Part shown: positions 1 through 28,706 of the stretch, in pieces
Layout of the letters: every line of letters starts with the position of its first letter
How positions within the stretch are numbered: position 1 is the stretch's first letter
Source: Amoebidium appalachense
Taxonomy: Eukaryota > Protista > Ichthyosporea
Direction of reading: 5' to 3'
DNA: 64,000 nucleotides
NCBI GenBank assembly: GCA_963693365.1
Contig: CAVNZM010000006.1
Coordinates: 4,691,264 to 4,755,263 of the forward strand
The notes under the pieces: generated by a model
What the model saw: only the letters and a program-made list of their open reading frames with translations
Told to the model about the DNA's origin: nothing
Databases searched by the model: none
Translations under genes and position numbers: made by a program

Positions 1-564
1 AACGTTAACTTTGGAAAACCCGGAAGAAAGGCTATTTGTGGACCTCAAACAAACCTTTCACAAAACTTTCAGCTGCAGGTGAAAGCCGCCCGAATGCCAA
101 AAGCATGTACCGTAGTACCGTTATCCCTTCATTGCACATATATGGATTCAGTTACCAGTAAAAGAGAAAAAGGGAACAAATAGTCGGTGCAAGAAGCAAT
201 CTGTCGCGATCGTTCATAGTGAATTTCATGTCTCCATCAGCCTGTCAGTAAAGAAATGAGGTTCTCTGAAGGAAAAGAAGGGAGATGGGGTATAATAGAA
301 AAGAAATAGCAAAGAGCCAGCGCAAACTATTTATGGTACCGGTTGCAACTATCTAGTAAGGACCAATACCATGCTCGTTTCCAAACTCAGTGAAATTGTC
401 ATAGTAGCCTCCTTTATGATCTATGTTCGGAAGACTAGTGTGTAATATGTGTATGTGTTTTTTTTTTTTTTTTTTTTTTTTTTTTGGTGGTGGTGCCACG
501 GTGGTGGTGGTGGTGGTGCTGGTACCGGTGGGTGGGTGGTGGTGGTGGTGGTGGTGGTGGTGGT

Positions 565-595
<31 letters not shown>

Positions 596-654
596 GGGGG
601 GGGGAGGGGGGGGAGGGGGGGGTTGGATCTATGGATAGGAGAGGTACGGTCAAG

Positions 655-694
<40 letters not shown>

Positions 695-830
695 AGTGGC
701 TCAATGATTACGAAATCAATCAGTTTTGGCACCAACGATCATGTCTCTTTGCGGCCCGGGTACCATATATATCAGGAGCTTTGCTGAGCGTCGGCCCTCG
801 GGACAAATAGTAGTGGGGCAAGGTGATATA
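1..830 (-). pseudogene. Decayed Penelope-like (PLE) reverse transcriptase relic, runs off window start
   Basis: Interrupted minus-strand frames read, in RT order: LVPKLIDFVIIEPL (motif-2-like), HIHILHTSLPNIDHKGG (motif A-like, cf. DxxxLYTNIxHxxG) and IYVQ*..AFGIR (motif B-like YxQxxGxAMG). About 60-400 is homologous at the DNA level to about 38790-39190. Contains stops, frameshifts and microsatellite insertions. Confidence 0.45.
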
Positions 831-1198
831 TATTAGCGTTTAGCTCTTTTAGTCTTCTTACATATTTCCGAGGCCCACGCGTACGCTCAATACATTCGGG
901 ACCATCACTCTCGAAGCGCTAGAATTAGTTGTAGAAGTGGTTCATCAGTCCTGAATGCCCATGTAACAAGATGGATGCATATGCTTTTTAGCTGACACCA
1001 GACACGAGCACGAACTTGTGTTCTGTTTCTCGTTCTTGGTGTTTCGGAAGAAATCCATGTGGATAGTAAACACGCTAGCAACTAACCTTTCAGAACCTGA
1101 CAAAAACAAAGAGCCTGTCCTCCGGTTAGTGTTTGGAGTGCTCGACAGGAGTCATTTCGAAATCACACAGGGTATGTCACTGTGTTTCCTTCCTTCCT

Positions 1199-1234
<36 letters not shown>

Positions 1235-1567
1235 TTTTTTTTTTTGGCTTAGAATGAATGCACGACCTGCAGCTTCTGTGTCCATGTTCGCTGTGTTGTG
1301 TGATATAAAGGAACGCTCTTACAACGGCAGTGTCACTGACATAAACCGGTCCCCCCCCCCCCCCCCCCCCCCACCCCTCCCACCCCCCCCCCTGCCCCCC
1401 CTCCCTCCCTCCCTCTCTCCCCCTCTTCCCTCCCCCTTCGCCCCGGACCCTCCCTCTCTCTCCCTCTCTCTTCCCCCCCCCCCCCCCCCCCCCCCGGTAA
1501 TATTAACACCTGCCTACCTATACTGCTCTCCGCTCCACCCTCCCAACCCCCACCCCCACCCCCCCCC

Positions 1568-1762
1568 CTTTACTTCCATTGGAGAGTCGTATATACGGGC
1601 TAAGGGGTCGAAACTCAGACGCAATTGATGACTTGGGCCCTCCCTGAGGATGGGCTCTGCTTATGACGCATACTGTGCACATGGCTATGTTGCATACTTG
1701 AATGTTTGCCTTTGCATGTGTCCTTCGTGTATGCGTACTTCGTACCGTGTTCCGCATTCAAA
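1568..1762 (+). mobile_element. C-tract-associated ribozyme-like retroelement, family A copy (internally deleted)
   Basis: 1579-1762 aligns closely with 56424-56626 (gggtcgaaactcagacgcaattgatgacttgggccctccctgaggatgggctctgcttatg...ccgcattcaaa). Flanked by C-tracts on both sides. Confidence 0.85.
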
Positions 1763-2582
1763 CCCCCCTCCTCCCCCTCTTCCATCCCACCCTCTCTCCT
1801 CTTTATCTCGCCCTCCCCCCACTTCCCCCCCCCCCCCCCCCCCAACCCCACCTCCACCCCCTCCCTTCCAATGTCTCCTGTAAGCCATTTTCAACCCACC
1901 TAATCGCACACACCAAGCTCAATGTTTTGCATCCACAAGGTCACTGTTCACTGTTAGTTTTTGAGGGGATGGCGGTGGTCACCGCAAACCTCCACTTTCT
2001 TGAATCTAGTCAGTGTTTCACTCTTCAATATCTTAATCCATCTATGCACATGAATTGCTCGGATTCTCTTCGTTTAAAGGGCAGCTCGTTCACTTGGTAG
2101 TGGTTGCTTGACAGCTTTTTCAAATATCACAACGAGCTGTTGGCAATATACTCTCTATTTCCCTGCTGCCATGTGTCCCTAGAGGTTCCCTGTGGCTCCT
2201 TCTCAGTCCTTTCATTTTCAGCCCCTCGTCACATTCCCTTTCTTTCTGCTGCACTCCATGACTTTTCTTGGTTCCCGTGCATTCCCCCCCCCTCCTCCCC
2301 CCACCCCCCACCCCCCACACCTCTTTCCCTCTCCCGGCCCCCCTCTTCCTGCCCACCCCCCTCCCACCCCCCTCCCCAGCCCTCTGCCCTGTTCAACATA
2401 AACACAACCACATCCACTAAGCTGGCTACCTACACCCAAATACTTACCATTAGACATTTAGATATGTGTACCTGTATTACGTGAATGTCGTCGTTGAACC
2501 AACATTTTTTGTGTACCACATAGCATAGGTAACGTTTTGAATCTCCTTTCAGTCTTTTGGCTTTGTAAATTGTCACTAACCT

Positions 2583-2613
<31 letters not shown>

Positions 2614-2730
2614 TCCCGTCCTCCCCTCCCCATCCCCCTCCCTCCCCCCTCCTTCTTCCCCTCCCCCAGGTGGCTTGTTTTCCCTCTCCCAAATCGTAGC
2701 CCACCGTAGGGTAGAGATATGAGATACGAA

Positions 2731-19281
<16,551 letters not shown>

Positions 19282-19493
19282 AGCGCCCAAAACCGTGTTG
19301 TCAAAAAAACGGAAAAATGGGTCTACGAAAACACAACAAAGTCCGTATGAGCTTCCCACAGCGGAGGCCTAATTTATTGAGTAGCTAGGTGTGGTAGGTG
19401 GGGGGGGGGGGGGGGGGGGGGGGGGGGGTAACCATGTGATTAATGCCGTGTGTGCGTGTCCGTGTGTGTGTGCGTGCGTGTATGTGCATGTGC

Positions 19494-19610
<117 letters not shown>

Positions 19611-20154
19611 CGTGTGGTGTGCGGGTTAGTGGCTAAGAGTGGAGCTGATGTGTCCACGTGTGAATGTGTTTTGCACGTGTGCATATAGATATGTATAAAG
19701 TGATTAAAGGATACGAATTACTATACGCGTGCTTCTAGAGATGTAAGTACTGAAAAAGGCCGGGTTTTTACTGTACATATGCGTGTAAAGATGTTGATAA
19801 TGGTTACGGGCCATCTCACTTACAAATATACGAATATTCATGAAAGAAACCAGAATCGAATGAAATATCTCCACCTCGGGAATAAAACCGTTAATGAATG
19901 CCATTATATCACTCAACAAAGCGAATTGTTTTCCAGTTGCACGCCCGAGACTTGAAATATACCTTTTGTGTGTTCTATTTGTGTTGACATGTGTTTTGTG
20001 TGTCTGTGGTTGCCACATGTGCACCTGTGTGATTTTTTTCCTTCGTGCATTGACATTGAGATGTTAGTTGCACGATGGGCAGGATCCGGAGCAAATGATT
20101 CTGTTTCTGGCGTATGTGTGTGGCAGTGTACATGTTGTGTCACGGCAGCTGTTG

Positions 20155-20197
<43 letters not shown>

Positions 20198-21016
20198 CGT
20201 TCTTGCAGTTGCCATTGCGCGTGCCTGAGACGACTACACAAGTGTATGCATGTTGATCCAGGTGTGTGCACGTGCGTTTGTGTGTGTGTGCGTGCATGCA
20301 GGTGTCACGGGTGCGCAGGTGCCCACGCACTTGCGTTGCGTACATATATATGTGAGCCTGTGTGACCACGCATATGTGCTTGTGCATGTGCGTATGTGTG
20401 TGTGTTGGGGGGAGGGGGGGGGGGGGAGGGGGGGGGGGAGGGGGGGGGGGGGGGGGGGGGGGGGCATCTGTGTGTGTGGGTGTCTGTGTGTGCATATGTG
20501 TGTGTGTGTGTGTGCGTGTGTGGTACCTGCATGCCTGCGCGCATGTGTGCACATGCATGTGCGTGTGTGTGCGCGTGTGCGTGCATGTGTGAGTGTGCAA
20601 ACGTTTGTGCGTGTGTGCGTGTGCACGTGTGCATGTTTCGTGTGTGTTTGCGTGTGTGCGCATGCGTGCATGCACATGCGCACGCGTGTGCGTGCGTGTG
20701 TGTGTGTGTGTGTGTGCGCGCGCGCGTGTCTGTGCGTGTGTGTGTGTGTGTGTGCGTGTGTATGTGCGTGCGTTCGTGTGTGCGTGCGTGCGTGCGTGTG
20801 TGTGCATACGTGCGTGTGCGTGTACTTGTGCGTGTGTGTGGATGTGTGCTTTGGTGCGTGCAGCGTGCCTGCACGTGTGTGTGTGTGTGTGTGTGTCTGT
20901 GGTTCGACGATCATGGCAGCTGGCCTAAGGGGCTAGGCTCCAAAACGTTAAGGATCTGAGGAAAGGTGGTTGGGCAGGCCTAGGGAGAGGCTTAATAGTA
21001 GCTAAGTTTTGGCTGC

Positions 21017-21066
<50 letters not shown>

Positions 21067-21494
21067 GGAGGGGGTCGGTCGCTGCAAAGGTGGCAATACA
21101 TGAATTTGGGCCCACCTTTATTGGCCTGTGGTTAATCGATAAAAGATGCGTGTGATACCCATATGCCCGAAAGCATGTTTTGTTTCTATTTAAAGTATAT
21201 ACAAGCATGGTAATTTATACGGTTTGCGTAAGGCTAACGCTTTTTTACTAAAGCCGAGCTTGTATGATTAAAATTAAATTTTAACCCGCGTACGTAAATT
21301 AGACTCTAGCACAAACGGTTACCGTGCAAGTTTCGAACTGCACGGTCGATGTGAGCGCATCTGAAATTATCAGAAAAAGAGAAAATAAATGAAGTGATAT
21401 TATTTGATTTATCACTATACAACACCACAAACACCCACCAAAAACCCCCTTAATTACTAATAAAAATAGCCCCCACACATTTAAAGCGTGCTAA

Positions 21495-22979
21495 CTATAG
21501 AAACAGCACGACAAGAGCAACCGGCATGAATACGACACCAAACACCACCAAAAATGCACCCAGCCAATACAAAACCTTATCCTCCATCGTCTTCACGTGA
21601 TTCGGGTCCCACTGGGCCCTCATTTCCGGGCCATACACCTTGCAATAGAACACGCCGGGCATCAGATAAGAGATCGGAAGACTGCACAAAATACCGATTA
21701 GACTGACCACCACTCCCAAATCACTAACCAGCGCCGCAATCATAAAGGAAACCCCAAGTAGGACGGCGGTGCTGCACCAATGAATCATGTTTTGGACTTT
21801 CGAATCGGTTACCCTGCTGGCCCGACCCGTGGACTCCAGCGCGGAGTTGACGAGATTTCTCACGGCATCACGCGCAGTGTGAATGTATAGTGGATAGGTG
21901 ACGGCAACAACAAACGACATGAGAAGTTGTGCCGTGACGACGGGATATGTCGACGGGTAGGCGGCGAGAATGTTAGCGGAGACAGTCGACCCATACGTGA
22001 AATAACCAAAAAAGGCAAAAGTACCATAAATGGTTGTTGCGGTGGCGACGGACGGGATGACCACACCCATCTCCATGGCGTGAGCCGACGGCTTTTTGAG
22101 ACTGTCATAAATGCTAAAAACGATGAATCCGGCGTTGAACGCAAAGATAAACGTCGGCAGCGCTTTCAAAAATCCCATTGGGCCGGCAACCGCCTCAAAT
22201 TCGCCGCGGCAAGAACTGCCCACCAGATCAGAGTTGTAGCATGGGTCAAGCTGAGGGGCAGGGGCGAAGAAAAACAAAATGACCAGAAGAGTAACGTAGA
22301 TGAGACTGATCACACCAATACCCGACGTGTAGCTCAGTTTGTCGATTTTGCGCAAACACGTCAACGGAATGTCGATAACAACGAAAAGGAGCCCAATCCA
22401 GAAAATGCGCGTGGCAAGGTAAGAGTCGGCGGCAGCTCCAAAGGAAATGGCAACCTTGGGAAGAAGATCACCGATAACAACCAAAAAGGGCACTCCACCA
22501 CCAAAACATGACACGAGCACAGCCAAATCGACAATGAAAGCAATGCGCGGCCACGTACGCTGGCATAGTTTTCCGTACGACGTCGGGCGGGTGCCCACCC
22601 ACGCCGCGCAACGCGTCAGCAGCATCAACCCCAAACACGTTAGAATTGCGGCGAAGAAAAGGGTGAACATACCCACCGCCCACCCAGTCTGTTTAACGGC
22701 GTATGGTAGGGCGACAATACCTGCACCAACCATAGCCTTTACGAGATTCATCGTACCACCAAGGGCACCGCACTCTCCCGCTTTTTCCCCGTCGCCGTCT
22801 TCCAAATCTGACGCTCCGTCCAACTCGACATCGCTTTCTGCCCTCGCCTGCGCGAGTTTTTTCTCCTTTTTGGCCATTGATTGTTCTATTATGGTGTTCT
22901 CTGCGAAAGGGGTGTTTGGCTCGATGCTTGAGCTGGTTTGAACGAGCTCAAACTCGCTTGTTGCTTCAGTCGGCGGCAT
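21495..22979 (-). CDS. Amino-acid transporter, AAAP/Aa_trans family (AVT/SLC38-like), intronless, 494 aa
   Basis: Uninterrupted ORF with about 11 hydrophobic segments and motifs NLVKAMVGAGIVALPYA, PTFIFAF, FFGYFTYG..VSANIL..YP, TYPL and ISYLMPG. Confidence 0.93.
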   Translation of the reverse strand: MPPTEATSEFELVQTSSSIEPNTPFAENTIIEQSMAKKEKKLAQARAESDVELDGASDLEDGDGEKAGECGALGGTMNLVKAMVGAGIVALPYAVKQTGWAVGMFTLFFAAILTCLGLMLLTRCAAWVGTRPTSYGKLCQRTWPRIAFIVDLAVLVSCFGGGVPFLVVIGDLLPKVAISFGAAADSYLATRIFWIGLLFVVIDIPLTCLRKIDKLSYTSGIGVISLIYVTLLVILFFFAPAPQLDPCYNSDLVGSSCRGEFEAVAGPMGFLKALPTFIFAFNAGFIVFSIYDSLKKPSAHAMEMGVVIPSVATATTIYGTFAFFGYFTYGSTVSANILAAYPSTYPVVTAQLLMSFVVAVTYPLYIHTARDAVRNLVNSALESTGRASRVTDSKVQNMIHWCSTAVLLGVSFMIAALVSDLGVVVSLIGILCSLPISYLMPGVFYCKVYGPEMRAQWDPNHVKTMEDKVLYWLGAFLVVFGVVFMPVALVVLFL

Positions 22980-23499
22980 GATTCCGAATGTGCTGATACT
23001 CTTGAAGAACTATGGACTTAGTGTTTCTTACACGCACTTCGATGTGCTTATTTGCTCCTAAAAAGAGATGGTTTGCAATCCAAATGGTATGTACTTATTT
23101 TGAGCTTTGAGTTTTTTCCTTGATAATGGCTTTCTGAGTTTGAATCCAACTCGATTCGGTTGTCGCGAACTGAGGTGAGAAATGGCACCTGGATCTGCGA
23201 TTTATACTCGAAGGCTGCGACATTTTGATGTTTAGTTAGCCAATACGAAGGCTTCATTTTCATTAACCAACCATCATCTATTTTTGGATAATTTTGTTAT
23301 CCGCCCGGATTCCGCCGGCCCTGGCCGCTGTGGCCCGGTGGGCGCTGGCCCAAGCCTCTTGAAGCACTCAAACAGCATTCCTCAGTTTTTGGCTTTTCAA
23401 ATGTTAAATTTATTCACTTTATTCAACAGCTTATATAAAGTTTGCAAAATTAGTATATATAATAACACGCCTGTTGTGCTTATTTGCAGGCTTGATTTA

Positions 23500-23960
23500 T
23501 TCATTTATAGATCATAAGCCGAAGACCTTGTCTGGCCAATGATATTGCATGCGGAACTCTGGATCTAAACAAGGATCTTGACACATTCTTTCGTAGATCC
23601 CTTCCTTTTGCATGCATTCTTGATTTTATACTGCTCAAGTATGCACCGGAACCTTCAGGTATGTTGTGGAATATGGCAACATAATAGGCATTGGTAGACA
23701 TGTGTGTGTGCTCAGTTGGTCTTTCTTCATTCAAAAGGGCTTTCGCTCATGCTCATCCTGCTTCTCAACAAATCGTAAACTAAACCGCATTGATTGCGCG
23801 TTTGCATTGGCAGCAGGAGTGGCCATGAGGGCGGCAATCCATCCACATGGGTACTCATACTGGTTTCGGGTAGGATTCAGGGCAAGAAAGTTGTGGAACA
23901 AATTTAGTAGGCACAAAGGCAAAAGACGGCCTGGGCACATCTATTTTGTAGGGTACATGT
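23500..23960 (-). pseudogene. Possible hAT transposase C-terminal (dimerization domain) remnant
   Basis: RNQYEYPCGWIAALMATPAANANAQSMRFS resembles the hAT consensus ..YPxLxxLAxxxLxxPASSxxxERxFS, but is degenerate. Confidence 0.35.
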
Positions 23961-24434
23961 GCTACTTACTACTCGTGGCCGGTTAAACGTTTTTGTTTTT
24001 GTCGGGAACCCACCGGGTCCGTTGTGACGAGTACTGGTACATACCGCGTGTGCATGTGTGGTGGTGGTGGCCTAGCTGTGAACGTTGTACGTGACACCGT
24101 GACTGTATACATACACCAGTTCGCAAATGAATTCCCAAAGTCTTTGAATAACTAAATATGATTCGTTGGTATGATCTGATTGGTTGTGCTTTCCGGTGTA
24201 CGGTTCAAGTTTACGGTTGAGATTAACCCTACTAACCCGAGTGGGCCATATATATGTTTTCAAGAGGTGCTGGTTGGGCGGAAAAGGCTCAAAAGTATGG
24301 AAAAAGCTGTGTCCAAGTATTATGTGATGACATAGAAACGTTTTCTAACAGCTTTAGCCATGTTTACTATACGCCTCTTTTTATTTTTCTATAGGACCCC
24401 TTTTCTATACCTGTTAGCTAATGTATTAGAATCA

Positions 24435-24580
24435 GGAGTCATGGGGCGAGTGGCCGAGCGAAACCGAAGTTATTTCGGCGAGCCGTCGGTTATTTTGGCG
24501 AGCCGATAGGCGAGCCAAAATAATCGACAAGGCGAGCCGAAATAACGAGGTCGAGCGAGGACACGAGCCGACATGATCCG
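24435..24580. repeat. About 145-bp imperfect palindrome built from GGCGAGCC units
   Basis: Arms gttatttc-GGCGAGCC-gtcggttatttt-GGCGAGCC and GGCGAGCC-aaaataatcgac-aa-GGCGAGCC-gaaataac, separated by a gata loop. Confidence 0.85.
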
Positions 24581-27500
24581 GTTACGATATGACCCATAAA
24601 AAATTCACTTTATTGATACATTATGCAAACTTTAACTCGGTTATTTGATTCATATATCATTACATTCACATTTCAGGCTTACATTTTCCTAGTGATCGCT
24701 TTGATTGGCTAGCTGCGCACTCACCCATTAACCCGGTTATTCGATTCCTCTAACCCAATAGAAATGTCCATAGCCTGGTTATTTCGGTGAGTGCGCTCTA
24801 GGCCAATCACGGCAAGACTAACTGAAGTTAAAGGTCGTGTCGTCATCCAATCAGATCACACCCCGACGCTCGGAATATCGTAACCGGAGGTTATTGGCGG
24901 TTTTATTCTCTTTTCTTCCTCTCTTCCTCAATATATCCGTTTTAAGATGACTATCCTAGATCACCTTATTAATGCTGCACAGTATGATATTGTGATCCGG
25001 TGCCTTAACTTTCTGTCGGAGCTACCGATGCTAGCATCTGCTTACCCATAATATGTAATAGGGGTGTCAGATACTACGATGGCGCTCATTGTTGCCTAGC
25101 ATGTACATATGTCACTGGCTGCATTTGATTGGCTGTGCTGGAAAACGCAGTAGGCCGTCGAATGTGGCTGGGCCTCCGGCAATGTCCACGCAATAAAAAG
25201 TGTGTAAACCCCTATAACTGAGTTCCGGAAGCGTGCTTTCGGATTTTCGAAAGCCATCATGAACAACGATGTGCGAGCGAGGGATGTGTGTGATTGGCTC
25301 AGCATGAAAGTGCGAGCTGAGAAATCGATTGGCCAAATGGTTGATTAGCAGCTCATTAGCTTTGGCGTCACTGCGGCAACGTGTGATAAGCACTAGCGCA
25401 CATGTACACGCCCTTTCCACTCGCATCATGCATGCCATTTTGCGAGATCACAAAAGGCGTATGTATTGTACATGTAGGTAATACGTAAATCAGGGGCGTG
25501 CTGTATTCTGACTCATTGTTTCGTGTTTTGTGTGTAGGGGGCATGCCCCTATATCTCTATATTTCCTAAATTCTTTTTCGTGGCCTGCAAGCTGTTGATT
25601 GGGTCGCGGGAGCAGGTCTTCCACATGTAAGATGCTGATGTAGACGTCATGCCTGTACGTACGTACGCGTAGCTGGCGCGACGCTAGCGCTACGCACAAC
25701 GGTAGTGTCGTGGAGCTCAATTTTATACCCTAAGTTGCTTTTATAAAGAAAATGAAGTTTAGTAAAGGTGTTTGCATTATATGTGTGGATTTCGTCCGCA
25801 ACCTTCAAGGTTTGCCCAATTGCACGTGGCTTGCAACGAAATCTTATAGAGGGAAAACTATCTTGACCGAGGCATTTGCCAACGATACATTAATGGCCCA
25901 GCGCTGCAAATGAGGGAACATAGTATACGTATACCTCTCAGGCTGTATACCTCGTACGTAAAGTACAAAACTCTCCCGTGTCATACGTACATCCCTACGT
26001 ACATGTTGCAAACGTCTACATATACGTATATACAGTATGGATGCGCTAGGTCAGGGGCGAATCGGCCCCTACCAACCGGAGGCCTGGGCATGGGAACGTG
26101 TACTGAGCGAGATCAGCCTGGAGAAAGCTAGCCGTGATAGTGGACAAATCCGACAAGAGACTTCCAGTTTCACGGCAGTCTAAGGCGTCTTTAGTTGCAA
26201 CTTAAAACCTCACCCATAATAGTTACATGTGGTAATGCTATAACTTATATTTTTATACTTTTATTTTTTTTGTATAAAAATAATGAGCAGTTTACGCTAT
26301 ATAATGGGACAACCACGAAAAGCAGGCAACAAACAAATTGGCCGCATTCGCGTTACGTACTCTGATGACCAATGATATTGGCGCCTTACACGAGCACACG
26401 AACTCGCCATTGCCGAAACGGCTTCCTCCTCCGGTTGTCTGAAATCTCTGTGCTATATGAAAACCATGTTTTCTTTTTTTGGATTTTTTTCACGGATTTA
26501 CAGAAGTCCTTTGGGGTTTATAACAGTTGTTTCCGCATGACAGTAAAGTTACGTGTGCGATTGCTTCTGGATGCTGAATAGGATAGCTTCAACACTCAAT
26601 AGATGGGACCCTCAAATGGACGTGAGTGCATGCATGCATTTGGCATCTTTTGTATCAGTCTTATTAGCGATGTAAAGGTGTACTTTTTTGCCTCCCGTGC
26701 TCTTCAGTCACGTTATCCCAAGGCTGCGCAGCTGAAAAGACGGTTTACTTTATTTTCACCGGTGTTCCGCTATTTTTCCGGATCATTTCGCGGACTTGAC
26801 CTCGCTTGAGGTATACGCCTACAGGCGCATGTAGGCCGTCGCTCTGGTCAAAACAAGTTGGGATCCCATCGACAAACTCACATGGCAAGCTCATCGCGAT
26901 CTATCCCTGGAAAGAGCCGATAAAATCGACCAATCTGGATCGCTCGAAGTCTGGGAACATTTTTGTTCCCATCATCGATTGCGCTCGGATTCCTAGGGTA
27001 AAGCACTAATGTGCAGCCTAGAAATGTTAAGGGCAATTTGAGCCCGATTTCACCTAGAAAATAGGTTTTTGTCAACTAGCAAAAGTTATTGGAAATAAAA
27101 AAACGTGCACTATTGTTATAAGGAGTCGCAGTGGTCCAACGCGTCCTTCATTGTGGGAGGGGCAGAGAAAAGAGGGTTACGAGAATCTTTGCTTTGGTTG
27201 GACGTGTGTATTTCAAATTGGGTTCGAAAGCTTAGGACTTAAATGACGCTGAGAGCAGGCCTGCGTGCACTGCAGTGGGAGGCTGCAGTGAGGGGCTCGC
27301 TCAGCCTTGTACATCATATGATATTGCGTGCTTCACAGATCTAGACGGTGTGTCTCTATTTTGCACTCCCGTCCCGCGTTGATTTTGGTTGCTCTGCCCT
27401 ACACCTGGTACTACCTACCATCTTGCGTGCTGAACTACAGGATACATAGCTATCTGCCTCCGCACGCTCTCGCCGTGTGCCGTGTGTGTGCCTTTTTCAA

Positions 27501-27786
27501 TTCTCCTTAATTCGGCCGGAATACATACTTTTTCTGGTGTCTTTTATTCGTTTGCCCCACGCCGGATCGACATAGCTCGTCAAATTCCGTGTAGCCAAAA
27601 CAGTGAACCCCAGCCCTCCCTCCCCCCGTCCCCCCCCCCCCCCCCCCCCCCCTTTCCTTAAAGTTCTTAATGTTAGGCTACTTCATCACTAACTACACCA
27701 TAATATTACACCCAAGCATGCAGGCCTACCCCCCCCCCCCCCCCCCCCAAATTGCCACCGTATACCAACCTTAAACAACTGTTACC

Positions 27787-28142
27787 TGTCGTATCCTATT
27801 ATATGTGTACTAGAGACGCGGCACTCTACTAAGTGTACACACACGAAAAGGAACGAACGTGTACAGAAAAACGGTAAAGTTTATTCAGACCAGGCTCCGA
27901 CGGGCAAACTTAGATCCGTACGAAATGAGTCTAAGTTACGACTGAGGCCATCAAGGCCGTGCCCTACAAGATCATCATCACCTGGCCCCCTACGATGCCA
28001 CATTCCGTACATTCCGATCTAACTTTATCGTGTGCCTGCACGAGCTAAGTCGATCGGCTCACACTAATATATTTATCTAAGTCTCACCCCTCTCCCTTCC
28101 CCTAGTGGCACCGCAGAGTCTAATTCTACATTTCATACTATC
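27787..28142 (-). repeat. 3' LTR (356 bp)
   Basis: Identical by eye to 35454-35809. Confidence 0.95.
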
Positions 28143-28171
28143 TCCCTCCCCCCTCCCTCCCCCCTTTCCTC
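28143..28171 (-). other. Polypurine tract (plus-strand primer)
   Basis: The minus strand here is an all-A/G run (gaggaaaggggg...agggagggggg...aggga) immediately before the 3' LTR. Confidence 0.8.
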
Positions 28172-28706
28172 TGTCATCGAAATATATAAATACGTTTGGC
28201 AGCATACACTATCAGAACTTGCCAATATTTACAAAAGGGCTTCTGCCCGAACAATCACATTCCTAAGTCCTCCTACGATCTATCCTACACACTAATTAGA
28301 ATTCTATTGGTCGGCTGTCCCAGCTGACGTGGTCCTGCCCTGCCCCGGCAGAGGCAAGATGATGCACGCAGCTGCACAGCTATCTTGAGGCCCCGGACTT
28401 GATCTTGATGATCTGTGGACCCGGGCCACCCCCCCCCCCCCCCTCCCCCCCCGATCTCGATCGTAGACTTAGGCTAATCTGCTGAGACGGATTAGTATAT
28501 GTCAACTCCCCCCCCGCCCCCGGAAAAGCTGAGTCCCACCTCAGTCACATTACATCTAACACCCCCTAAAAAGACATAGACTAATCAGTCTCCTAAAAAA
28601 AATTAAATTAAATAAATGACGAAGAAAAATAATAAATTAATCTACACCATAAGCTTGATACCTACGGAGACACCTATGATAGTAAATTAAATTCCTACGA
28701 CTACGT

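Noticed and set aside
21860-22941. ORFs overlapping or antisense to the transporter
   Set aside because: These are shadow frames of the real CDS.
27027-27510. TTAA-flanked Kolobok/piggyBac-like MITE
   Set aside because: The terminal inverted match (GGGCAATTTGA versus GGAGAATTGAA) is too weak and there is no second copy in the window.
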